Shown piece after piece: positions 26,297 to 35,872 of a DNA stretch of 37,245 bases. A model generated the notes under the pieces. That model saw only the letters and a program-made list of their open reading frames with translations, made no database searches and was not told the DNA's origin. Source of the stretch: a virus (lineage: Duplodnaviria; Caudoviricetes). The position numbers were made by a program, and so were the translations under genes. The stretch lies in IMG/VR virus record IMGVR_UViG_3300004241_000114, positions 1 to 37,245 of that record. The stretch is one strand, 5' to 3'. Position 1 is the stretch's first letter. Each line of letters opens with the position of its first letter.

Positions 26297-26968
26297 ATGA
26301 CATATACAGTTCAAAGGGATGATAGTTTGAGTAAAATAGCTGCTAAGTATGGTCTTAAATGGCAGGACTTATACAATGCTAATAAGTCTGTCGTAGGAGG
26401 CAATCCTAACCTTATATATGCAGGACAGGTTTATAACATACCTGGTCAATCTCCAGCACCAGCTCCTACTCCAGCTCCTACTCCAGTACCAACAGTTTCA
26501 GCAGGAGCAGCAGCAGGATCTTCAGCAGGAGCAGCAGTTAACAAGACTCCTTTTTCACAGGTTCTTCCTTGGGAGCAGTATTTTGACGAAAGCCTTGCAC
26601 AAAGTGATATAGAAAAGAGAATGGCTGCGTATTATGCACCAATAGCAGAGAAATCAAGACAGGGACTTGAGAGTGAATATGCAAACAGAGGACTTACAAG
26701 GAGTGGTTTAAGAGGTACAGCAGTAAGTGATGCTTACAGAGACTTAGGAACACAACAAAGAGGACAAATAGAGCAGGAAATGGTTACACAAAAAGGTTAT
26801 GCTCAAGACGAACTATCAAGGATGCAAGAGTTATACGAGCAGAGCGAAGGAGATTACAAACCAGCATCTACAAGTTACAAAGGATATTCATACCAGGCAC
26901 CAGAAATAAGTGCAGGTAGGTATGGTTCAACATATCAACAATGGTTAAATAATGTGTTAAAGGTTTAA
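26297..26968 (+). CDS. LysM-domain virion/ejection-associated protein
   Basis: YTV...DSLSKIAAKYG..WQDLY.AN.....NPNLIYAGQ...IP; PAPT linker; A.RGL.RSG helical part; ATG 26297. Confidence 0.8.
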   Translation: MTYTVQRDDSLSKIAAKYGLKWQDLYNANKSVVGGNPNLIYAGQVYNIPGQSPAPAPTPAPTPVPTVSAGAAAGSSAGAAVNKTPFSQVLPWEQYFDESLAQSDIEKRMAAYYAPIAEKSRQGLESEYANRGLTRSGLRGTAVSDAYRDLGTQQRGQIEQEMVTQKGYAQDELSRMQELYEQSEGDYKPASTSYKGYSYQAPEISAGRYGSTYQQWLNNVLKV

Positions 26969-26970
26969 AT

Positions 26971-27681
26971 ATGACAAGTGCAGAAAGATTGGCTCAGTAT
27001 GAAGATTTGTTTAACAAGTCTCAAAGCTATGACACTTCAAGATTTCAAACAGATTTTGAGAAATCATACGGAGAAGCAACAAACTACAATAAGGATTTGA
27101 TAGAACAGCAGTCAAATGCTATGGGAAAACTACAAGCAGTTGCTCCAGAAATGTCTCAGAGGTATTCTCAAGGTCTTATAATGGATCCAACAACACAGAG
27201 AAATCTTATAGCACAAGCAAGACAAACTCCTATAGCAGACTATAGTACAGCAGTTGGTCTTTTAGGACAGAGAGGGCAAAGATATTCAGACATATTAGGT
27301 AAATCACTAGGTGGTTATGAAAGTGAAGCTCAAAGAGCTGGAACAGCAGCAGAGAACGCTTGGAGACTATACCAGGATATACTTGCACAGGAAGAAGCAT
27401 CAAGAGCAAGGGCTTCAAGTGGAGGTGGTTCTAGTATTGCAGACTTAATAGGTGCTTTATATGGTGGACAATCTACACAGACTCAACAACAAGTACAACC
27501 ACAAGCAACAACAACACCAAAATACTGGAATACACTAACTAAGGCAGCACAATGGGAGCCAGAGAATAAGACACTTGCAAACCTTTATAACAATTTTACA
27601 AATACAACAGGGAAGTTTATATATGAAAATCCTTCTCCAATAGCATATATTAAAAACTTGTTTAATAGAGATAAAAAGTAA
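26971..27681 (+). CDS. Putative ejection (internal virion) protein
   Basis: Q/A/S-rich helical protein without Cys; position after tail genes. Confidence 0.55.
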   Translation: MTSAERLAQYEDLFNKSQSYDTSRFQTDFEKSYGEATNYNKDLIEQQSNAMGKLQAVAPEMSQRYSQGLIMDPTTQRNLIAQARQTPIADYSTAVGLLGQRGQRYSDILGKSLGGYESEAQRAGTAAENAWRLYQDILAQEEASRARASSGGGSSIADLIGALYGGQSTQTQQQVQPQATTTPKYWNTLTKAAQWEPENKTLANLYNNFTNTTGKFIYENPSPIAYIKNLFNRDKK

Positions 27682-27697
27682 ATTAAAAGACAATATT

Positions 27698-29554
27698 ATG
27701 GGATTATTAGCAGACATATTAAAAGGGGTAACAAAACCAGGTAGAGACATAGCAGAGCTTGGCAGACTTGTTAACCAGGTTAGAATGGCTGACCCTGAAA
27801 TAAACAGAGAATTAAAAACACTTGAGGACAGACAAAGAGCTATGAGTTCTTTACAAGAGTATCAACCTTTGTACCAGTCTCAAGAAGAGCAATTAGGAAC
27901 ATTTTTAAGACCAGTTGAAACTACATTGAGAAATGCTGCAACAGTTGGAGCTTTAGCTGCTCCAGTAGGAGTAGTAGGAAAGATTGGTAGCAGAGCAGCT
28001 GCTGGAGCATTAGGAGGTGGTTTAAGTAGTTATGGTATGACACCAATTACTGAAGATACAGACCTTTTAAAGGTTTTAGGTGGTGCAGCAGTAGGTGGTA
28101 CAGTAGGTGCAGCTATTGGAGGTCTTGAGAAAGGTTTAATGAGTAAAGCTAAAAAAGCGGCACCTTCTAAGGTTTCAGAGTTTGGGGTAGAAACAAGAGG
28201 GAAAGCAATAGGTTTAGACTCAAACAAGTTAGCAAGTAAAAGAGGTACGAATGTATCTTCTACAACACAAGGAAAAAAAGTTATAAAAAGTTATTTTGAT
28301 ACAATGGACGAATTGGGTCTTCCAACGAATACGTCAGAATTAGCTTCTCAAAGCTCAGACGAAGCATTAAAAATATTAAACGATCAGTTTGGTGGTGCGT
28401 TAACTGGAGCTGATGATGCAGTTAGATTTACAAGTAAAGACACAGCAAAACTTGTCAGTAAAATAGAAAGTGCATTTAAGAACAACCCAAAGATTAAGAG
28501 TAATGCACAATACCAGGAATTGGTTGGTGATTTACTCTCATTGGGTGACAATTATTCTCCAAGTCAACTTAATATGGTAAGAGAAAAGGCCAGAGAATTG
28601 ATAAACTGGTCAACAACATCAAAAGCAGCAGTAAGTCAAAGGGCTACAAATCAAATATTTAGTGTTATAGATGACTTCTTTAAGTCTAAAATAGGAGGAA
28701 CTAGCGAGGTTCTAAGTAAAATGAAAGATATTTATACAGTAAGACCAATATTCCAATCAAAGGCACCTCTTGCAGGTTCTATTAAGGTTGGGACTGCGTC
28801 AACAAATATTGCAGTACCAAGTGGAGCTTTACAAGAAAGAATACCAGAAGCTGTGGGAAAGACATTACAAAAAGGTATTAAAATGCCACAAGTTTCTCCA
28901 GAAGTTTTATCTAAGTTGGGAACTGCTGGTATATATGGAACAAGACTAGGACAAGCAATAGGTTATGAAGAGCCAGATATGGAACAACAGGCTATAGATA
29001 GCATAATTCCACAAGAAAGCTATCAACAACCACAAGAAAGTGAAGATATACGATCTCTAAAGTTCTTACTAGCAAATGAAATAATGTCGGGGAATATAAG
29101 TTCTACTGATGCAGAGGCTGTACTTAGTTTAATAGGTGGCGGTATGGGTGTAACTGAAGAGGCAAGTGCAGGTGAAGCAGATGCACAAAACGCAGTAGAT
29201 ATGGTAAGTAGGCTTTCTCAGAGATTGTCAGAATCACAATTAACAGGACCTATTAAAGGTATAGGATCTATAAATCCTTATGCTACAGAGCAGAAAGATT
29301 TACAGTCAGAAATAGACCTTGCAAGACAGGTTATAGGTAAGTTCTTAGAGGGTGGTGTACTTAGAAAAGAAGACGAAGAGAAGTATAAAAAGATATTACC
29401 AACTATGTTTGATACCCAAGAGGTTGCACAAAGGAAATTGGAGAACCTATTTATAGAATTACAAAACAGAATGAGTCAGTATCAGACAACTGGTTATGAG
29501 GGTTATGGACAAGGGGTTGACGAAGGGGCTTTAATTGATATGCTCGGACTGTAA
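27698..29554 (+). CDS. Putative ejection / DNA transfer protein
   Basis: Gly-zipper (GALGGG, GAAVGGTVGAAIGG); C-terminal IG...EGGVLR.EDE.KY...LP. Confidence 0.6.
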   Translation: MGLLADILKGVTKPGRDIAELGRLVNQVRMADPEINRELKTLEDRQRAMSSLQEYQPLYQSQEEQLGTFLRPVETTLRNAATVGALAAPVGVVGKIGSRAAAGALGGGLSSYGMTPITEDTDLLKVLGGAAVGGTVGAAIGGLEKGLMSKAKKAAPSKVSEFGVETRGKAIGLDSNKLASKRGTNVSSTTQGKKVIKSYFDTMDELGLPTNTSELASQSSDEALKILNDQFGGALTGADDAVRFTSKDTAKLVSKIESAFKNNPKIKSNAQYQELVGDLLSLGDNYSPSQLNMVREKARELINWSTTSKAAVSQRATNQIFSVIDDFFKSKIGGTSEVLSKMKDIYTVRPIFQSKAPLAGSIKVGTASTNIAVPSGALQERIPEAVGKTLQKGIKMPQVSPEVLSKLGTAGIYGTRLGQAIGYEEPDMEQQAIDSIIPQESYQQPQESEDIRSLKFLLANEIMSGNISSTDAEAVLSLIGGGMGVTEEASAGEADAQNAVDMVSRLSQRLSESQLTGPIKGIGSINPYATEQKDLQSEIDLARQVIGKFLEGGVLRKEDEEKYKKILPTMFDTQEVAQRKLENLFIELQNRMSQYQTTGYEGYGQGVDEGALIDMLGL

Positions 29555-31365
29555 TGGATGAGATATTTAAGACACTTCTTTTAGGAGGTGATTTAACCAA
29601 ACTAAGAGGGCAGGACATGGGGAATAAGATAGCAACCCTCTCTAGTTTAATAAACCCTATGACTTACGCAAGAACAGGGTATTCTCAATTACAAAACAAG
29701 GGTCAAGGAGATGCTTTAGCAGGTTTCTCTAGTGTAATTGCAGATGCTCTTAAACCTTTTAGAATGGGTGCAGGGGTTTTTGCTAAAGGTTACTCAGACT
29801 TAGCAAGGGGAGTTTCGGGAGACCTAGACAGGGAGTATGCTTTAGAGGAGTTTATTAAAAGTGGTCTTACACCAGAAGAGCTTGATTATATAGAAAGAAA
29901 ACCTTATATGGCTATGCTTAAGAGTGGTGTAGGAATGGCAGGAACGCTTATGCCTTTTGCAAGTAGGGCTGTACCAGCAGCAACATTAGGAGCAAGAACT
30001 ATGCAGGTTGGAGGTAGGGGTCTTACAGAAGGTACTCTAAGTGGACTTGGTTATAGTAGGGAAGGGAAAGAGCTTCAAGACACCTTATTAGGTGCTTTAC
30101 TGGGGACCGGAGGAGAGTTAGTAGGAGAATATGCAATGAACCCTTCATACAGACAAATGGTAAAAGAAGCTGTAGATGCAGACGCAGGGAGACCTGGATA
30201 TTATGGTGGTTCTATGAAACTGAATATAACAGACAAGGATATTAAAAAACCAATGACAGAAGAAGAGTGGAAGATATATCAAGATAATAAGAAGAGGATG
30301 TATAGGGGGGATAATTATGAAGAGATTGAGGTTGTTGGTGGAGATATTGCTGAACCAGTAGATCCTGACAACCCAGTAATAAACTTTGAAGATCCATATG
30401 CTGACCAATATTCAAAAATGGTAGCTGAGTCAAAGAGTGATCCTAAGGTTTATTACAAAGGAGAAGAGTTGAGAGATGAGAATGTTCAGGGTGTTGTAGA
30501 TAATTTTTCTTCTAAATGGGGAAGTTTAGAAGGAAAAAACCTAGAACCTTTTGAAGTAAAGATTAAACAGGGTGGGGATAAGTTATTAAACGCAGAAAGT
30601 GAATGGATTATGCAAAGTTTTGATAAAATGTCTCCAGAAAAACAGAAACTTGCGGTGAGTAGAATAGACGAAATAATAAATACTATACAAGATCCAGGAC
30701 AAAGGTCTCAGATTGAAATGATTAAAAAGTATTTACCAGCACAGGTAGAAATAAAGCAAACATATCAGAAGGCAGGAATATTGACAGGCGAAGCAAAGAA
30801 TATGTCTCAAAATGATAGTTTTGTAGATATTCTTAATTCTAATAAAAATGATATAAGCCCACTAGAAGCTCTTAAAAAGGAAGCTATAAAATACGATAGC
30901 CCTGAGGAGTTTGTAAGAAGTAAGTTTGATGAAAAACCTGAATATGCCATGTCCCATAGGCCTACCTGGGAGGGGAGTCCTCCTTCTTATGATTTGTTGG
31001 AGGGGGATATGTTGCCACGGGATGTTTATGACAAACCAGAGTGGTCTATAGCCAGTGGTAGAAGGATGACTGACCCAGAGGTAAGGGAAAGTTTTGAGGC
31101 TCTTAAAAGAATTAGAAATAATCCAGAGGCAGAGATTACTGTATATCGTTCATCCCCAAAAAATGAGTTAAACATAGGAGATTGGGTTACGTTCTCAAAG
31201 ACGTATGCAGAAAACGAGGGCCTTGTTGAGGGGTCTAAAGTATTTAAGCATAAGGTTAAGGCGAAAGATGTCTTATTTGCTGGGGATGATATAAACGAGT
31301 TTGGTTACTTCCCAAAATCCCAACTAACGGACATCTGGAATAAGGCAAAGGGTATTTTAAAGTAG
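29554..31365 (+). CDS. Putative ejection protein with C-terminal ADP-ribosyltransferase-like domain
   Basis: Gly-rich N-terminus; C-terminal ITVYRS....N.GDWVTFSK.YA...KVKAKD.....INEFGY. Confidence 0.55.
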   Translation: MDEIFKTLLLGGDLTKLRGQDMGNKIATLSSLINPMTYARTGYSQLQNKGQGDALAGFSSVIADALKPFRMGAGVFAKGYSDLARGVSGDLDREYALEEFIKSGLTPEELDYIERKPYMAMLKSGVGMAGTLMPFASRAVPAATLGARTMQVGGRGLTEGTLSGLGYSREGKELQDTLLGALLGTGGELVGEYAMNPSYRQMVKEAVDADAGRPGYYGGSMKLNITDKDIKKPMTEEEWKIYQDNKKRMYRGDNYEEIEVVGGDIAEPVDPDNPVINFEDPYADQYSKMVAESKSDPKVYYKGEELRDENVQGVVDNFSSKWGSLEGKNLEPFEVKIKQGGDKLLNAESEWIMQSFDKMSPEKQKLAVSRIDEIINTIQDPGQRSQIEMIKKYLPAQVEIKQTYQKAGILTGEAKNMSQNDSFVDILNSNKNDISPLEALKKEAIKYDSPEEFVRSKFDEKPEYAMSHRPTWEGSPPSYDLLEGDMLPRDVYDKPEWSIASGRRMTDPEVRESFEALKRIRNNPEAEITVYRSSPKNELNIGDWVTFSKTYAENEGLVEGSKVFKHKVKAKDVLFAGDDINEFGYFPKSQLTDIWNKAKGILK

Positions 31366-31400
31366 TGATATAATGAAATATTAAGTTAACCAAGAGGGGT

Positions 31401-32036
31401 ATGAAACCCATTGTTTACACAGCTATATATGGAGGGTATGACAACCCAAAGGATCAACCTGATATAGGAGTTGATTATATATGTTATACAGACAATCCAG
31501 ACCTCAAGTCTAACACTTGGCAAGTAAGATACGAACCGATATTCCCTAAATTACACCCAAGAATGAGGGCTAAATACTGGAAGTTAGTATGCCCTTTTGA
31601 TTCTCTTTCTTTGTGGATAGACGGAAGCATAGAAATAGTTGATAGAAATATTATAGACAGACTTTCAAAGTATTTAGATAACGGATGGGCTACATACAAA
31701 CACCCTTCACCAAGAGATTGTATAAAAGAAGAGCTTGAGGCCTCACTTCCTATGGAAAAGTACAGAGATGTCCCTGTTAAAGAACAGGTTGAATATTACT
31801 TTGCACAAGGTATGCCAGAACATTTTGGATTGTGGGCTTGTGGGGTTATGTTAAGAGATGGAAGATTTGAAGATTTTGGTAATAAATGGTTTATAGAAAA
31901 CCTTGCTTGGACATACCAGGATCAAATAAGCCTTCCTTACTTAGTATGGAAAGAGAAGTTTCCTATTGACACTATTGAACTAGATCAATATTCTGGAGAG
32001 TTATTTAAAATACATGGACATAATAGAGATGACTAA
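31401..32036 (+). CDS. DUF616/TOD1-MUCI70-like glycosyltransferase
   Basis: VYTAIYGGYD, ICYTD, SLWIDG, HP..RDCI.EE, DQISLPY..W. Confidence 0.8.
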   Translation: MKPIVYTAIYGGYDNPKDQPDIGVDYICYTDNPDLKSNTWQVRYEPIFPKLHPRMRAKYWKLVCPFDSLSLWIDGSIEIVDRNIIDRLSKYLDNGWATYKHPSPRDCIKEELEASLPMEKYRDVPVKEQVEYYFAQGMPEHFGLWACGVMLRDGRFEDFGNKWFIENLAWTYQDQISLPYLVWKEKFPIDTIELDQYSGELFKIHGHNRDD

Positions 32037-33336
32037 GCAAACATGGTGGCAAGAAAATGCAGAAAATATGATGAGTAATTTTGCGTTGTGGATAGGAAAT
32101 GAAAATGCGACCTCAAGGGTTCAAATAGCACAATATATACAGGAAAATAACTTTGAGAGTGTTTTAGATGTTGCCTGTGGTCTTGGAGACGATTTTGTAT
32201 CTATTACAACAGCTTGTCCTACAATAATGTACACAGGAGTTGACAGTGCAATACCTTTTTTGGAAAAAGCAAAAGAAAAAGGTGCTGAGGTTGTATGCTC
32301 AGATATTCACCAGATGCCATTTAGTGATAGTTCGATGGATGTTGTGTATGGTAGGCACATACTTGAGCATTTACCAGATGGATTTGAAACTGTACTTGGT
32401 GAAATGATACGTATTGCAAGACTTGAAGCCCTGATTGTTTTCTTTCTAACACCAACTATACAGGAAAAACTAGGAACAGACCCCAACCTTGGGGAAGATG
32501 TTACGTTAAATACCTATTCTAGGGCTAAAATAGAAGATTTCCTTAAGAATCATAACAAAGTAGAAAGTTGGGAGTGGATTAGTGTTAACGGAAGTCCTAT
32601 AGGAGAGATAATTCTGAGAGTAAAAAAAAAAGAGAAACAACCTAAAGTAGCTATTTGTTTTGGAACTTATAATGGGGCAGAGTATCTTCCAGAACTTTTA
32701 GATAGTATAAAGGCACAAACATACAAGAATTACACTGTTTATATCTGGAATGACGGATCTACGGACAACACAAGGGAGATAATAGAAAAATATTCCAAAG
32801 ATATGCCAATAAAGTATAGAAATCACAAAGGTTCTCATGTTATAGGCACTGTTAAAAACTGGGTTATTAAGTTTGCACTCAAAGACAATCCAGATTTTAT
32901 CCAGATAATAGACCATGATGATAGGTTAGAACCTCATATGATACAGAGGATGGTTAACCGAATGGTATCAACAAAGGCAGACTTTGCGTGTTGTTTTGCT
33001 AAGATGTTTGGAGAAGCAAATAGTTTACTCACAAGTTGTAAAGCAACCAAGAAAACGATTCTTAGAGTTAACTCGTATCTTAGCTGGGGGATGTTTAAAG
33101 CTAGTGTTGTTAAGAAATATAATTACAGGGTTGGTTTAAAACATTTTGAGGACTGGGATTTATGGGTCAGACTTACCTATGCCAACAAAAAGCCTGAAAT
33201 AGTTGGAGATGTTTTATATAACTATCGTATGCACACAGGACAGTTTCATAACGAAACAAATAAATACTGGGAAAGCCATTATAAGAAGCTACTAGAGATC
33301 AACGGATTTAACTACAAAGAAATTGTTAAGGCTTAG
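32014..33336 (+). CDS. SAM methyltransferase fused to GT2 glycosyltransferase
   Basis: VLDVACGLG, PF.D.SMD.V..RHILEHL; YN...YL...LDSI.AQTY, NDGSTD, IDHDD, EDWDLW.R. Confidence 0.85.
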   Translation: MDIIEMTKQTWWQENAENMMSNFALWIGNENATSRVQIAQYIQENNFESVLDVACGLGDDFVSITTACPTIMYTGVDSAIPFLEKAKEKGAEVVCSDIHQMPFSDSSMDVVYGRHILEHLPDGFETVLGEMIRIARLEALIVFFLTPTIQEKLGTDPNLGEDVTLNTYSRAKIEDFLKNHNKVESWEWISVNGSPIGEIILRVKKKEKQPKVAICFGTYNGAEYLPELLDSIKAQTYKNYTVYIWNDGSTDNTREIIEKYSKDMPIKYRNHKGSHVIGTVKNWVIKFALKDNPDFIQIIDHDDRLEPHMIQRMVNRMVSTKADFACCFAKMFGEANSLLTSCKATKKTILRVNSYLSWGMFKASVVKKYNYRVGLKHFEDWDLWVRLTYANKKPEIVGDVLYNYRMHTGQFHNETNKYWESHYKKLLEINGFNYKEIVKA

Positions 33337-33389
33337 TAATTTCGCTATATGGTAGAATATATATATAAGAAAATTGTTATTGACTCTGT

Positions 33390-33623
33390 ATGACTATAAG
33401 TGAAATCTGCAAAGAATTAGAAGTTTTTAAAGAAAATATCCTTGGTAGGATAATGGCTGTTGATAAAATGGCAACAGATAATGCTAAAGATATAGAAGAA
33501 GTTAAGAAAAGTTTTGTAACTAGAGTAGAGTTTGACCCTATAAAAACGATAGTATATAGTTTAGTAGGTATGATATTAACAGCAGCGATAGCTGCATTAC
33601 TTAGGTTGATTTTAAAGCAATGA
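33390..33623 (+). CDS. Small coiled-coil protein with C-terminal TM (lysis-associated?)
   Basis: FVTR.EF.PIK then a hydrophobic helix; upstream of the endolysin. Confidence 0.6.
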   Translation: MTISEICKELEVFKENILGRIMAVDKMATDNAKDIEEVKKSFVTRVEFDPIKTIVYSLVGMILTAAIAALLRLILKQ

Positions 33624-34060
33624 AAATAATGACAAAAATAGAATACCTTTATGCGTATGGCTCACTAGCAATATTTGCAGGAATACTCTCTCTTTTGGGT
33701 TTTTGGTGGTTGTACCCATACAATGTACTAGAAGCAAGAGAGGGCAACTTTTCTCTTTCTAAGCAGGTGTATGAACAGGGGGAGATATTAGATGTTCAAC
33801 TTATTTTGTGTAAGAACATGGAGGTAAGTGAGCATGTACTTGGAAGATTTATAGACGGGATTATATACACAATACCTGACAAAGTATCAGATTTAGAAGG
33901 GGGTTGTTATAAAACAACACTTGTTTCAGTTAAGATACCTGATAACTTACCAAGTGGTAAATACATCTATACAGAAGAAGTAGTGTATCAAGTAAACCCT
34001 ATACGACAGGTTAAATACCATTTTGAAACTCCAGAGTTTGAAGTCGTAGAGTCAGAGTGA
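33620..34060 (+). CDS. Single-TM protein with beta-rich domain
   Basis: ATGA overlap; N-terminal TM; IP..LPSG.Y...V.Y.VNPIR. Confidence 0.65.
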   Translation: MKIMTKIEYLYAYGSLAIFAGILSLLGFWWLYPYNVLEAREGNFSLSKQVYEQGEILDVQLILCKNMEVSEHVLGRFIDGIIYTIPDKVSDLEGGCYKTTLVSVKIPDNLPSGKYIYTEEVVYQVNPIRQVKYHFETPEFEVVESE

Positions 34061-34092
34061 TAAGATAGTAAATAATCTGTCAAAGATTAAAT

Positions 34093-35004
34093 ATGGCAAC
34101 AATTCAAACATCTTTGTTCAAACAAGATGTAAGAGTAACACAGGTATATAAAGGAACTTCACACAAGGGATTGGACTTATCTACTGGAGTAGTAGAACAA
34201 CCTGTTTACCTACCAACAAGAGCAGTAGAGGGGTATGTTTGGAAGATACTAGCAGGGTATTCTTACGGGGGAAAGTACTACGCTAATGCTCCAATCATTT
34301 ACATTAAACACAAAGACGGCTCAGGGAGTAGATATATACACTCCTACACAAAAAATGTTAAGGTAAAAGTAGGAGATACAATTAAAGCAGGTACTCAAGT
34401 ATGTGCTACTGGAAACTCTGGATATAGCTTTGGAGATCATTTACATTTCGAGTGGTTAAAGAAATGGGACGACTTAAACAGTCATACAGACCCTATTCCA
34501 TATATAACTTCAGAAGACAATCAAATGTTCAAAAAAGGAGATAGAATTATATATACAGGAGTGCAGAATATAAGGACGGGAAACGGAGAACAATACCCTG
34601 TTCAATCACAAAGTATTCCAGGACAAACTGGTACGATTAAAGACAATCCAAGAGAAGCTGACGGATACACTTGGTATGATATTTTGGTAGATGGTGGTGG
34701 TTCAGGTTGGAACGCTGATGTAGGGAAGTTCAAACTCTATGTAGCACCAGTAGAGCCACCTGTGGTTACTGACCCTTGTGCAGATATTAAAAAAGAACTA
34801 GAACTCGTCAGAGAGGAGCTAAGGGCTTCACAAGCCCAAGTAAAGAGTCTAGTAGTAGAGTGTGATAGACTTAAAGCAGAGAATGAGATATTGAAAGCAA
34901 GGATAGTTGAATTAGAGAAGGAGTTAAACGAGAAGGTACCTTTATTAGAATATAGTAGTCAGGAGTTGTGTGCTGAAGTTGGTAAAAGGATTGATTCCAA
35001 GTAA
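34093..35004 (+). CDS. M23 peptidase endolysin with SH3-like domain and coiled coil
   Basis: HKGLD (HxxxD), VKVGD.I.AG...TGNSG.S.GDHLHFE (HxH); NIR.G.G...DGYTWY. Confidence 0.85.
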   Translation: MATIQTSLFKQDVRVTQVYKGTSHKGLDLSTGVVEQPVYLPTRAVEGYVWKILAGYSYGGKYYANAPIIYIKHKDGSGSRYIHSYTKNVKVKVGDTIKAGTQVCATGNSGYSFGDHLHFEWLKKWDDLNSHTDPIPYITSEDNQMFKKGDRIIYTGVQNIRTGNGEQYPVQSQSIPGQTGTIKDNPREADGYTWYDILVDGGGSGWNADVGKFKLYVAPVEPPVVTDPCADIKKELELVREELRASQAQVKSLVVECDRLKAENEILKARIVELEKELNEKVPLLEYSSQELCAEVGKRIDSK

Positions 35005-35037
35005 CCACAAGTCAGCTTAAATTATTAGTTCTTTTAT

Positions 35038-35181
35038 ATGAAGTACAACCCAAGTTGGAGTGTAGTTCGTGAGGAGAGTGAGTGGTATGCGTGGAAAGGG
35101 AAAATGATAGACTACTTTGTAGTTTTCATTACAGCAGGTTCACTTGGAATCTGGATAATATTTAAGTTGTTTGGTGTGTAA
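35038..35181 (+). CDS. Small TM protein (47 aa, not in ORF track)
   Basis: MKYNPSW...YFVVFITAGSLGIWIIFKLFGV; stop 1 nt before the next ATG. Confidence 0.55.
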   Translation: MKYNPSWSVVREESEWYAWKGKMIDYFVVFITAGSLGIWIIFKLFGV

Positions 35182-35182
35182 A

Positions 35183-35449
35183 ATGATAGAACAATTATTT
35201 GATAAAATTGAAAGTCCATACTGGAGAGCATTTCTCTATCGTGTATACAACACTTTCATGGCAGTCATATTCCCCGTAATGCTACCTTTGATAGCTTTAG
35301 AGTTAGCTAACAATCCTAATGATATTAGTTGTTTGCTAGAGTGGAGCTTTTGGAGTAAGGTAGTTTATAGTGTGGTTGTTGCTCTTGTAGGTGCTGCTAT
35401 TGCAGGACTTGATAAGGTAAGAAGATTAAATAAGGAGTTAATGGGTTAA
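35183..35449 (+). CDS. Putative holin
   Basis: Two TM segments, basic C-terminus, next to the endolysin; ATG 35183. Confidence 0.6.
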   Translation: MIEQLFDKIESPYWRAFLYRVYNTFMAVIFPVMLPLIALELANNPNDISCLLEWSFWSKVVYSVVVALVGAAIAGLDKVRRLNKELMG

Positions 35450-35450
35450 C

Positions 35451-35588
35451 ATGGATAATATAAAGAAGTTCATACAAATAGCGATTTACTTTTTAGTATT
35501 TGCTATTACCTTCTTTGTTTTGGTTAATTGGAAGTCTATCATGTTATTGATAGGATCGTTTTATATTTATTTATACTTAAAACTATGA
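35451..35588 (+). CDS. Small hydrophobic protein (45 aa, not in ORF track)
   Basis: MDNIKKFIQIAIYFLVFAITFFVLVNWKSIMLLIGSFYIYLYLKL; ATGA overlap with the next gene. Confidence 0.6.
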   Translation: MDNIKKFIQIAIYFLVFAITFFVLVNWKSIMLLIGSFYIYLYLKL

Positions 35589-35872
35589 GTAGCAATTCAT
35601 ACATTCTAATCAAGGAAAAGAGAAACGGGCATGGTGGGTTTAAGTTTGAAGTATCTGTAAGGGATATAGAGAACTACAAAATGGTTACTGATAAATCCAA
35701 CTTTGATGGTTTGAGAGAAGCTGTAATGGAAGCTAATGACTTGATTAACTGGTATTGGGAAAGTGGAATGCCAATCGAGTATGGACTGCAAATAGATTTA
35801 TATGGAGGACAAGATGAAGGAAACGCTAAACGAGAAGCGAACAATCGAAGAAGGAAACTTTCAACAGATTAG
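35585..35872 (+). CDS. Hypothetical protein
   Basis: MSSNSYILI...IEYGL; start chosen at the ATGA overlap. Confidence 0.6.
   Translation: MSSNSYILIKEKRNGHGGFKFEVSVRDIENYKMVTDKSNFDGLREAVMEANDLINWYWESGMPIEYGLQIDLYGGQDEGNAKREANNRRRKLSTD

Noticed and set aside
3077-35791. Remaining minus-strand ORFs in the track
   Set aside because: They lie mostly or wholly opposite well-supported + strand genes and show no motifs.
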